Source of the DNA: a virus
Taxonomy: Duplodnaviria > Caudoviricetes
Virus record (IMG/VR): IMGVR_UViG_3300013383_000017
Coordinates: 32,001-96,000 of that record
Length of the DNA: 64,000 nt
Reading direction: 5' to 3' (one strand)
Positions 45,171 through 54,924 of the stretch are shown here, piece after piece. Numbering within the stretch: the first letter of the stretch is position 1; each line of letters opens with the position of its first letter. The notes beneath the pieces are model-generated. The model was not told the origin of the DNA and made no database searches. It saw nothing but the letters and a program-made list of their open reading frames with translations. Made by a program: the position numbers and the translations under genes.

Positions 45171-45690
45171 TATAACACTAGAGGATTTTTTAAAGGAAAC
45201 TAAAAAAGTTAAAGAAAAAAGAACATTTAAAGTAACTAATTCTATTGGTTCTTCTTATGCTTATAGAATCTATAAAAGAGATATTAATGCATTGTCTAAT
45301 CATGACTATTGTAGAGTAATAAGGGAGATAAATAATGAAATTATTAATAGAATAATAGAAGGTGATATTATAAATCTTCCACTAAGGATGGGTAATCTAT
45401 GTATAGTAAAGAAAGAAACTAAAGTTGTATTTAATAAAGATAAGTTATATATAGATAAGCCTATAGATTGGAATAAAACAGCTATTTTATGGTATAATAA
45501 TGAAGAAGCCAGAGAAGCAAAAAAGATAGTTAGAAATGATGTGCCTTATGTATTTAGAATAAAATATAGTAAAGGACATGCTATGTATAAAAATAAAAAC
45601 TTTTTTAGGTTTAAAACACATCGCCCAGTTAAATTAAGAATAAAAGATTTAGTTCAAAAAAATGAACTAGAAGCATTAATGGTGGATTAA
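45163..45690 (+). CDS. IHF-like protein of the crAss tail module
   Basis: LPLRMGNL...PIDW.KT..LW. Confidence 0.75.
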   Translation: MHNITLEDFLKETKKVKEKRTFKVTNSIGSSYAYRIYKRDINALSNHDYCRVIREINNEIINRIIEGDIINLPLRMGNLCIVKKETKVVFNKDKLYIDKPIDWNKTAILWYNNEEAREAKKIVRNDVPYVFRIKYSKGHAMYKNKNFFRFKTHRPVKLRIKDLVQKNELEALMVD

Positions 45691-45691
45691 T

Positions 45692-46522
45692 ATGGAAAAT
45701 AAAAGTATAAGTTTAAAACAGGTAATAGATAGATTGAAAAGGCATCCTATTTTAAAAAGTTTAAATGAAGAAACTATAATAGATTATACTATTGATTTTT
45801 TTAGGATAGTAGGACTGCCTAATACATATGAAGAAAAAACCTGTCTAATAAAAATACATAATAATAAAGGGAAGTTACCAGAAGATTATATAGAGCCTAT
45901 TCAGTTAAGGTATGTTGATTATAATCCAGTAGAATTTAATGAAGAAAAACAATATACAAAAGGCACTATTTTATTTTATGATAATAAATTATGGAAATTA
46001 TTACAAAATAAAGATATTGGAGAATGGGATAATACTATAGTAGAGGAAGCAGAAATAGATAATAAAGATGTAGTATATTATAGATATAGTACTGATACTT
46101 TCCACATGAGTACTAATAAAGTAAATAGTGTCCCATTTACTTATAAAATACAGGGAGAGTGCCTTATAACCACAGAACAAGATTGTATGGTAGAATTATC
46201 TTATTATGCTATTGAAGTTGATAAGTGTGGGTTACCTGTTATACCTGATAATTCTAAGTTTATTAGAGCATTAGAAAACTATATAAAAGTACAATATTTT
46301 ACAATACAGTTTGAATTAGGTAATTTACCACCTGCAGTTTTACAACACGCTGAACAGGAATATTGCTGGGCTGTAGGAGCTTGTGAGAGTGATTTACATT
46401 CTATATCTTTAGATAAATTAGAAAGTATTGCTAATATGGCTAAATCCTTAATACCAAGAGATTTTGAACATCATTCTGGTTATGCAAATGCTGGAAATAA
46501 AGAACTTTTAAAAATACAATAA
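45692..46522 (+). CDS. Tail ring protein 1 / tail tubular protein (gp43-like)
   Basis: RHP.L...DF.RIVG.P...YSTD.FH...G.P.IPDN..F.RALE.YIK...QEY.WAVG. Confidence 0.85.
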   Translation: MENKSISLKQVIDRLKRHPILKSLNEETIIDYTIDFFRIVGLPNTYEEKTCLIKIHNNKGKLPEDYIEPIQLRYVDYNPVEFNEEKQYTKGTILFYDNKLWKLLQNKDIGEWDNTIVEEAEIDNKDVVYYRYSTDTFHMSTNKVNSVPFTYKIQGECLITTEQDCMVELSYYAIEVDKCGLPVIPDNSKFIRALENYIKVQYFTIQFELGNLPPAVLQHAEQEYCWAVGACESDLHSISLDKLESIANMAKSLIPRDFEHHSGYANAGNKELLKIQ

Positions 46523-46523
46523 T

Positions 46524-49500
46524 ATGAAGTTAGATGTAGTAGAATGCGGAAATTTAGGAATGTCCCAAGATTTATCTATTAGTAAAGCAGATAATAAATT
46601 AGCTTTTGAGAATAGAAATATAAGAATAACAGCTGTAAATGATAATACTTTATTAAGTATTACAAATGAGAAAGGACCATCTGAAGTAGAAGGTTCTACA
46701 TCTATAGAAGGATGTTATAAAGCACATTGTATAATAGATGATACATTGGTACTATTTACATCTAAAACAGCTGTACCTCTATTAAAGTTTTCTGATTATA
46801 TATATGTAATAAAATTAAGTAAAACAGGGGATACAATGACTGTTAAATTATTGTATTCTGGCAATCTTAAGTTAGGGGATAATATTGATACAATAGGATA
46901 TTATGAAGCTTATGATGTAAGAAAAGTATATTGGGTAGATGGTGTAAATTCTCCTAGAGTTATTAATATAGATAAGGAATATACTAATAATGAATCATTA
47001 GATTTTATGCCTGTTCTACATAACTTTTCTACAATTAAAGTTGAAAAAGACTTTAATGGTGAGGGTATTTTTGAAGCAGGTACTATTCAATATGCTATTA
47101 CTTACTATAATAAATATGGGGCAGAAACTGCTATTTCTAATATAACACCTTTAATATATATTACAGAAGAAAATAATGGATTAGATATAAATAATAAAAC
47201 TTCTTGTAATTTTAATATTACTATTACCAATATTGATACATCTTTTGAATATATGAGAGTATATTCAATAAAAAGGACAACTCTCAATGGTCCATTTACT
47301 GTAAATATAGTTAAGGATGTACCAGTAGTATCTTCAACAATATCTATTATAGATAATAATACTAATCAAGAAAGTATTGACCCTAATTTATTATATTATA
47401 TAGGAGGTAATGATTTTATAGCTAAAACTATTAGTCATAAAGATAATACTCTTTTTGTGGGTAATATAACTACTAAGGGAACAATAGTAAATGATGATAT
47501 TGAGGATGATATTAAAAATAATTGGTATACAGATATAAAAGATAAAGATGGTAATATAACATACAGAGAATGCAATGTTATATCAGAAATATACAAAACA
47601 GTTAATACTGGAAATTATAAAAATACTGATGCTTATTATGTAAAAGATACATCTTTTATAAATAACAATATAAAAGGTTTTAAAAGCTCTGAAATTTATA
47701 GATTTGCTATACAGTTTCAAAGTGAGAAAGGACAGTGGTCGGCTCCTATTTATATAGGAGATAAAAAACAAACTAAGTTCCCTAAAACAAGTCTTGTAAA
47801 CTATAATGTAGTAAACCATATTCCTGTCTTTGAGTTTAATAATTCTATATTTTTTGAAAATGTACTTACTAAGCAATTAAAAGATATTTACAAAGATATT
47901 AGAGCTTTTAGAGTTTTAAGAGCAGAAACAACTTATGAAAATAGAAGTGTTTTAGCACAGGGAATAATTAGTCCTACTATATTTAATTATAAGCAAAGAT
48001 GTGATAATGCTCCTTATGTAATATCTTCTCCTATAATGAGAGATAATACTAATAGAAACTGGTGTAACTTAGCAAATGAAATAAGAGGCACTAAATATAA
48101 TAGTATAGCACAAAATGAAACTAATACAGATATTAAAAAAGACTCATATGCTATAATTCTTATTTTTGAAGAATGTGTTGATTATATCTGCAAAAAATTA
48201 AAATGTTCTATAAATGCTACAAAAACTAATAATACAGATTATGGTGTTATATTACATACTTTTGCTATAGATAATGATAAATATAATAATACCGAGCTTG
48301 TAACAAATATAAATAATATATTAACTAGTTATAATTGTGCTAAAGTAATAACAGAAGCAGAGATAATAAATCTTATTAAATATTTAAATAATGAAATAGA
48401 AAGTGCACCTAGTGGTTGGATAAAGTATTCTAAATATTCATATTCTTGTGAGTATATTATTAATGATACAATACCAGAAAAATGTATAGATAGCAGTAAT
48501 TATCAAAATAAGCAAAGTGAATTTTTTGTAGATACTTCTATTATTACATTTCATTCTCCAGAATTAGATAAGGAAGAATTATCTATAAATGATGATGTTA
48601 AATTTAGATTAGTAGGTATAGCTCCTATAACAGCAAATAAAGCAGATGTATCATTAAATGTAGAAAATCCAATGTCTTCTTTAGGTGGATTATTTAAGGA
48701 TAATATATATAAATATAACTATCCTAATATCTCAAAAAATGTTAAACCACTAACAAAAGATAGATTGTATATTGATGCTTCTTGGAATTATAGTAGTGAC
48801 AAAAAAAGTTTTTATCCAGATAGCAGTATAACTAAAGCATATAATGTATTTATGTGGGATAAGACAGGTTCTCTTATAGGACAAACAGATGGCACTATAA
48901 AAAATAGTAGTGGTGATAGCTGGGGAGAAGAAAAGAAATCTATTATAAAAAATAAAATATTTGCTAATAAAAGATTTTCTTTATATACTAAATATCTTAA
49001 TATAAAAGAAGATATTAATATTACAAATGTACAAACATTTAATTCAGAAAGTATAGATGCTAAAAGACTTAATATACTAAATAAGGATATTTATTATTAT
49101 GGTAATTATGATTTTCTTAATACTTATTTAGATTCTTATTCTGTAGATGGCACATATACTAATGAAATAAAGAGTTATGCTCCTGTAAGAATTAAATATA
49201 AATCTACTCCACATGCTGTATTTGGGTTATTAAATAGTGATAAGACTAAGATGCTTAAACTTCCTTATATAATAGGAGAAGCACCTGCTTCTGAATACTC
49301 TGAGGTTAATAAAAAATATTTATGGCTCTCTAATATATTTGGTAGTCAAGATTTATATAGTACCGATTCTATAAATCAATCTAATATAGAATATCCAGAT
49401 AGTAATTATTTATTTATTGGAGAATTATATAGAGATATAAACTATAGTTCCTTATATGGTGGATTAGAGGATACTTCTTTGCAGAAATTAAGATGGTTAC

Positions 49501-50882
49501 CTGCTAGTGAGATTTATAATATTTATACACCTTATATATCTACAATCTATATATATGGTGATACTTTTTATGAAAGGTATGATTGTTTAAAGACTTATCC
49601 TTTTTCAGAAGAGGAACAAAACAGTGTAGTAGATGTTACATCTGTAATGCTAGAAACACATATAAATACTGCGGCAACCTATAATACTGCAAAAGATAGT
49701 CTTACTAATATAAGACCTACATCATTAAAATTAAATACAATATATAATCAAGAAGATAATGTTTTTGTATATTCAATACTAGATAATAAATATAAAAATA
49801 TAAATTATCCTAATCAAATTATTTGGAGTTTACAAAAAACAACTAAAGAAAATATAGATAATTGGACTAATATTACTCTTACTTCTTCTTTAGATTTAGA
49901 TGGTACAAAAGGTAATGTAACGAAACTAATAACATATCAAGATAAACTATTAGCCTTTCAGCCAAAAGCCATATCTTCTATAAACTATAATAATAGAACA
50001 GCATTATCTACAGTAGAAGGTGTTCCTATTGAGATAGTTAATAGTGGTTTAGTTAATGGCTATACTATTATTTCTGATAGTATAGGACTTTCTAATATAA
50101 AAGAAATAGTAAAAGCATCTTCTGGTATATATTTTATAGATATTATAAATAAGCAAGTTTATTGTTTAAACAATAATGGTTTAAGTACTATTACCTCTAA
50201 AGGGTTGGAACAATGGTTTAAAGAGCAGTGCTCTTATAATAGTATAAAAGATACTAAAAAGAAAGCTTTTACTGTATGCTATGATTACCTAACTAAAGAT
50301 GTATACTTTATAAACTATAATCATTGTATAACTTATAATGAAGTATTACAACAGTTTACATCTTTTATGCCCTATTCAAATATTTCAGCATTATTTAATA
50401 TATTAGGTTATTCCTATTTTATTAGTAATAATATATCTATTATGAAACTATTTAAAATGTTTGGTGGTGATTATAATAAAGATAAAAATGGTCAATTTAT
50501 ACCTTACTCCATTACATATAGGATAAATCCTAATAATATAGATAATGTATTTACTAATATAGAATTTACTGCTGATTTATTAAAGAGTGACTATACTATA
50601 GATTCTAAACCTAATAATAGTTTATTATCTAGTGTTCCTTTTGATAAACTTACTGTGTGGAATGAATATCAATATGGAGAATCTAATATTACACCTAATT
50701 ATGGTGTATCTAATATAAAACAAAAGTATAGAAGGTGGAGATTAGATATTCCTAGAGATAGTAATTCTAAATATAAAATAGATAGAATTAGAAATCCTTG
50801 GTGTTATATTAAATTAGAGAAAACACCAACAGATTCTAATAAGTTAATTTTTCATAATTTATTAGTGAAATATTATAAATAA
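46524..50882 (+). CDS. Muzzle / tail stabilization protein (gp44-like)
   Basis: GM.QDLS.SK...AFE.RNIRIT; KVYWVDG.N.PR.INI; GDT...RYDCLKTYP; RIRNPW. Confidence 0.88.
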   Translation: MKLDVVECGNLGMSQDLSISKADNKLAFENRNIRITAVNDNTLLSITNEKGPSEVEGSTSIEGCYKAHCIIDDTLVLFTSKTAVPLLKFSDYIYVIKLSKTGDTMTVKLLYSGNLKLGDNIDTIGYYEAYDVRKVYWVDGVNSPRVINIDKEYTNNESLDFMPVLHNFSTIKVEKDFNGEGIFEAGTIQYAITYYNKYGAETAISNITPLIYITEENNGLDINNKTSCNFNITITNIDTSFEYMRVYSIKRTTLNGPFTVNIVKDVPVVSSTISIIDNNTNQESIDPNLLYYIGGNDFIAKTISHKDNTLFVGNITTKGTIVNDDIEDDIKNNWYTDIKDKDGNITYRECNVISEIYKTVNTGNYKNTDAYYVKDTSFINNNIKGFKSSEIYRFAIQFQSEKGQWSAPIYIGDKKQTKFPKTSLVNYNVVNHIPVFEFNNSIFFENVLTKQLKDIYKDIRAFRVLRAETTYENRSVLAQGIISPTIFNYKQRCDNAPYVISSPIMRDNTNRNWCNLANEIRGTKYNSIAQNETNTDIKKDSYAIILIFEECVDYICKKLKCSINATKTNNTDYGVILHTFAIDNDKYNNTELVTNINNILTSYNCAKVITEAEIINLIKYLNNEIESAPSGWIKYSKYSYSCEYIINDTIPEKCIDSSNYQNKQSEFFVDTSIITFHSPELDKEELSINDDVKFRLVGIAPITANKADVSLNVENPMSSLGGLFKDNIYKYNYPNISKNVKPLTKDRLYIDASWNYSSDKKSFYPDSSITKAYNVFMWDKTGSLIGQTDGTIKNSSGDSWGEEKKSIIKNKIFANKRFSLYTKYLNIKEDINITNVQTFNSESIDAKRLNILNKDIYYYGNYDFLNTYLDSYSVDGTYTNEIKSYAPVRIKYKSTPHAVFGLLNSDKTKMLKLPYIIGEAPASEYSEVNKKYLWLSNIFGSQDLYSTDSINQSNIEYPDSNYLFIGELYRDINYSSLYGGLEDTSLQKLRWLPASEIYNIYTPYISTIYIYGDTFYERYDCLKTYPFSEEEQNSVVDVTSVMLETHINTAATYNTAKDSLTNIRPTSLKLNTIYNQEDNVFVYSILDNKYKNINYPNQIIWSLQKTTKENIDNWTNITLTSSLDLDGTKGNVTKLITYQDKLLAFQPKAISSINYNNRTALSTVEGVPIEIVNSGLVNGYTIISDSIGLSNIKEIVKASSGIYFIDIINKQVYCLNNNGLSTITSKGLEQWFKEQCSYNSIKDTKKKAFTVCYDYLTKDVYFINYNHCITYNEVLQQFTSFMPYSNISALFNILGYSYFISNNISIMKLFKMFGGDYNKDKNGQFIPYSITYRINPNNIDNVFTNIEFTADLLKSDYTIDSKPNNSLLSSVPFDKLTVWNEYQYGESNITPNYGVSNIKQKYRRWRLDIPRDSNSKYKIDRIRNPWCYIKLEKTPTDSNKLIFHNLLVKYYK

Positions 50883-50994
50883 AATTAAAGGGGAGTAAAA
50901 GCTAAATTTTACTTCCCTTAATTTTTACTTAAAAGTGTTGTGTAGTATAAATATTTTTACTATATTAGTAAATTGAATTATAAATAATAATAAA

Positions 50995-52734
50995 ATGGAC
51001 GCAAATACATTACAGGGAATAATAAATTTAGTAGGCATGTCTGCAGGTAATCTTGATTCTAGTGGGCTTACTAAAGATAAAACTAAATATTCAAATGAGA
51101 TACAATTAAATAATCATTTTTCTTCTACTAATGATTATGACTCACTTACTAATAATTTTAGTAATTTAAAATTAAATACTAATAATTATACACAGTCAGA
51201 TTTATGGAACTCAAATAATTGGAAATCTGCAGCTAATATGTTTAAAGATGCTACTACAGGAGCATTGTCAGGTGCTGCAGCTGGTCCAGTAGGTGCTATA
51301 GTTGGTGCTGTTGCTGGGTTAGGTACAGGTGCTTATAAATGGATAAAAGGAGCAACAGATGCTAAAAATAAAGCAGATGAACTAAATAAAGAACAGAATG
51401 AAGCTAAAAATGCTGCATTGTATAGTGCACAAAATAATGCCTTCAATATATCTAATGATACTTTTAATAAAGCAGTTATGGGAATAAAGAAAAATGGAGG
51501 TAGTTTAAATACCTATGATTTATATAAATTAAGCACATTAACTCCCTATAAAATTAAAGATAAGAAACTACAATATAGAGGATATGGCAATATAAATGCT
51601 TTTGGGGGTGACCTTAATCAGTCTGGTGATTGGAGTAATAATGTAAAAATTATATCAGAAGGGGGTACTCACGAAGAAAATAAATATGGAGGAGTACCAC
51701 TAGGAGTTAGTATAGATGGTGTTCCTAATTTAGTAGAAGAGGGGGAAGTAGTCTTCAATGACTATGTATTTAGTAATAGGTTATTTCCATCAAAAGGACA
51801 GCTAGAAAGCATTAAACTTCCTAGAAAATACAATGGTAAAACTTATGCTGAGATAGCAAAAGATATGCAGAAAGAATCAGCAGAGATGCCTAATGACCCG
51901 ATTGCTAAAAATAGTTTATTAGATAATATGGGAAAACTGATGGCTATTCAAGAAGAAACAAGAGAACTAGAAAGTGCTAAAAATTTTAATAATGCTATTA
52001 ATAAAGATATAAATGTTTTTAAGGGTGGTGGTAAAACTAATACTGATAAAACTAATACTGATAAAACTAATACTGATTGGCTGAGATATGCAAGTGTTAT
52101 AGGCTCTGCTGGTCAAGTATTATCAGATACTTTTAATCTTACTAATCAATATGATTATAGTAATGCTGATTATATAAAACAAGGTATTAACAACATAAAA
52201 GATTACTCCTATACTCCTGTTAATGGACATATTGATTATACCCCAATAGACTTATCTTATTTGGATAGCAAGATATTAAATACTGGTTTAAGTAGTCAAA
52301 GAGCAGTACAAAATAGTTCTTCTAATAATGGGGCAGCTATTACTAATTTACTTGCTTTAAATAATAATATAACTCAACAAAGGGGTGATAATTATTTTAA
52401 GACAAGACAATACAATGAAGAATTAAGAAATAAATCTACTCAGTTTAATACTAATATACAACAAATAAATAGTCAATTACAAGCTCAAACAAATCAATTA
52501 AATGCTCAGTCTGCTGCTCAAAGATTGCAAGGATTAAGTAATTATGCACAATTTAGAGATAGCATTGATACTGCTGTTTCTTCGGCTCGTTCTGCTAACT
52601 GGAATAATCTAATACAGAATTTAAATAATATAGGAAGAGAAAAAGAAGAAGGTAATTTAATTATAGAGTTTTTAAAAAATAATGGTTTGTATGAGCAATA
52701 TATGGATTATATAAATAATACAAAAAATAAATAA
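50995..52734 (+). CDS. Cargo/ejection protein 1 (gp45-like)
   Basis: Gly/Ala TM segment (GAAAGPVGAIVGAVAG), GGTHEEN..GGVP.G...PNLVEEGEV...YVFSNR. Confidence 0.85.
   Translation: MDANTLQGIINLVGMSAGNLDSSGLTKDKTKYSNEIQLNNHFSSTNDYDSLTNNFSNLKLNTNNYTQSDLWNSNNWKSAANMFKDATTGALSGAAAGPVGAIVGAVAGLGTGAYKWIKGATDAKNKADELNKEQNEAKNAALYSAQNNAFNISNDTFNKAVMGIKKNGGSLNTYDLYKLSTLTPYKIKDKKLQYRGYGNINAFGGDLNQSGDWSNNVKIISEGGTHEENKYGGVPLGVSIDGVPNLVEEGEVVFNDYVFSNRLFPSKGQLESIKLPRKYNGKTYAEIAKDMQKESAEMPNDPIAKNSLLDNMGKLMAIQEETRELESAKNFNNAINKDINVFKGGGKTNTDKTNTDKTNTDWLRYASVIGSAGQVLSDTFNLTNQYDYSNADYIKQGINNIKDYSYTPVNGHIDYTPIDLSYLDSKILNTGLSSQRAVQNSSSNNGAAITNLLALNNNITQQRGDNYFKTRQYNEELRNKSTQFNTNIQQINSQLQAQTNQLNAQSAAQRLQGLSNYAQFRDSIDTAVSSARSANWNNLIQNLNNIGREKEEGNLIIEFLKNNGLYEQYMDYINNTKNK
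52033..52077 (+). repeat. Three perfect 15-bp tandem repeats (KTNTD x3)
   Basis: AAAACTAATACTGAT x3, in frame in cargo 1. Confidence 0.9.
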
Positions 52735-52741
52735 TATAAGT

Positions 52742-54922
52742 ATGCCAAGAATATCAATGAATACTACCGTGTTTAATCCTATTGATTTTGAAAAGAGAAT
52801 TAAACCAGTAGAAGCATATATAAATACATACAATAATGAATCTAAGACTTTAGATACATTAAGTATGGCTGGAGATAATATAGCTTCTTTAATAACAAAT
52901 ACTGAAGAAGATAAAGAACTCCAAAGTAAATATAATAATTATGATACTGGTCTAACTAATGCAGTTAAGCAATTAGAATCTGGAGATATTAGTTCTGCTA
53001 TGAATAGCATAAGAAGTTTATCACGGCAGTATTATAAAGATTTAGACCCAATAAAAACTGCTGCAGCTGCTAGATTACAAGATATACAGAATTATCAAAA
53101 AGAAAAAGCAAAAGGTGATTATATAGGTAATGATCCGTCTCTAAGAGGTATATCTTCTTATATGAATGGTAATGCCCCTAATAATTTCTATATACATGGT
53201 AATGATTTATACAAAGCAGCAATGCAAGGTATGTCATCAGCATCTGCTAGAAACAAAACTATAAGTGATTGGGGGTTAGATGAAGACCTTTTAAATCTGT
53301 ATTTTATAAGGGGAGCAGCTACTGGTTTTTCTGATAAAGATGTTAATGATATATGGGATAGTATATCAGAAAATGTTAAACAAGGAAAAACAAAAAAAGA
53401 TTTAAAAAAAGATCTCACTGCTTTAGAAGCTGATGTTTTAGATGTTGCTCATAGTGTATATGATAGGTATATTGGAAATGCTTTTAATGATGATAAGTAT
53501 TCTAGGGAGCAAGCGTATAATTATATATTATCAGGAGCTAAAGATGGTATAGGATTTGATTATAAAGAGGAACGGTTAAATAATACACTACTTACCGCAA
53601 AAACACCTAAAAAAGAAAATAAGAAAGATGATAGTGCAAAAATAACTAGTTATGCTTATGCTAATAGAGTACCAGATGATAAAGAAATAAAAGAAGAACA
53701 GAGAATATTGGGCTATGCTTATACTGATAGTGATGGCAATGTAAAAATAGCAGATAAAAAAATACAAAAAGAAGTAGCAGAAAAAAATAAAAAAATAGAA
53801 AAACTCTATAAGCAAGGTGTATATAATGATAAAGGAGAAAAAATAGACATACCGTTTGAAGACCTTGATTTTTCTACTTTTGAAGGTAATAAAAATCTAG
53901 ATAATACTGCTGTACCTACAAATGCTGGGTATGCAAAAGGGGTTGCTTATAACTATACTATAAAAGATAAAAAAGGAAATAAATATAAAATAGGAAATAG
54001 TAATAATATGCTTGATGCATTAACTCCTACAACAGAAGAAAAGATAGTAACTAAATATAAACCTATGGAAATAGATGGTGTTGATAAAGTTGATACATTT
54101 AAGTTAGGTGCTGCTATTGAACTTAATAAACATGTAATGAATAATAATATATTAGCATTTGATGATCTTAATAGTTCTGAAAGATCAACCTTAAAAAGCA
54201 AAACAGTAGAATATATTAATAATGTAGGACTACAAGAAAATAATCTTAATAATTCTATTATAGATGGTGATGGTGATAATAGTTATGGTTTATTTGATTT
54301 TAAAACTGGTAAAAGATTAAATGAAAAAGAAACAGAAAATGTTAGAGCTATAAAACAAGAAGATATTATAAGTGTTGGTCTTGCTATGCCTAATAATAAT
54401 AGTGGTTTTAAAATGGTTGTATCTTATAAAGATAAAGATGGTAAAGCTAAAGATATTTATGTAAAACCTAATAATGTAGCATTCCAAAAGTATGTACATA
54501 CAATGGATAGACTGTTAAAAAAGACATCTACATTTAATGACTTATCTATGGAAAGAGCAAAAACAAGTGTTGTTGATAATAAAGCTGATGTTTTAGAAAT
54601 TGGTAAAGATATATTATTAGATGACCTTAATAATGGTACTTTTGATGATAATAATATTAGTGAAAATGGTGTAGAAATTGTAGACACTACTGATGGTGTA
54701 ATAAAAGCTATTGTCCCACAGAAAATAAAAATAGGTGAAGATTTTGATTATATTAAAACTTATTATAGTGTAATACCTGATCCAAATGATGACACTAATT
54801 ATATTATTATAGATAGCAAGCCTGTCTTTGGAAAAGACACTGCTTATAATGGGCAAACTTATAATAGTTTTGCTAAGCACTTAGGAGAAGGATTAATTAA
54901 TCAGTTATTTAAAATGAAATAA
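52742..54922 (+). CDS. Cargo/ejection protein 2 (gp46-like)
   Basis: Position, F.P..F N-terminus and helical composition. Confidence 0.7.
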   Translation: MPRISMNTTVFNPIDFEKRIKPVEAYINTYNNESKTLDTLSMAGDNIASLITNTEEDKELQSKYNNYDTGLTNAVKQLESGDISSAMNSIRSLSRQYYKDLDPIKTAAAARLQDIQNYQKEKAKGDYIGNDPSLRGISSYMNGNAPNNFYIHGNDLYKAAMQGMSSASARNKTISDWGLDEDLLNLYFIRGAATGFSDKDVNDIWDSISENVKQGKTKKDLKKDLTALEADVLDVAHSVYDRYIGNAFNDDKYSREQAYNYILSGAKDGIGFDYKEERLNNTLLTAKTPKKENKKDDSAKITSYAYANRVPDDKEIKEEQRILGYAYTDSDGNVKIADKKIQKEVAEKNKKIEKLYKQGVYNDKGEKIDIPFEDLDFSTFEGNKNLDNTAVPTNAGYAKGVAYNYTIKDKKGNKYKIGNSNNMLDALTPTTEEKIVTKYKPMEIDGVDKVDTFKLGAAIELNKHVMNNNILAFDDLNSSERSTLKSKTVEYINNVGLQENNLNNSIIDGDGDNSYGLFDFKTGKRLNEKETENVRAIKQEDIISVGLAMPNNNSGFKMVVSYKDKDGKAKDIYVKPNNVAFQKYVHTMDRLLKKTSTFNDLSMERAKTSVVDNKADVLEIGKDILLDDLNNGTFDDNNISENGVEIVDTTDGVIKAIVPQKIKIGEDFDYIKTYYSVIPDPNDDTNYIIIDSKPVFGKDTAYNGQTYNSFAKHLGEGLINQLFKMK

Positions 54923-54924
54923 TT

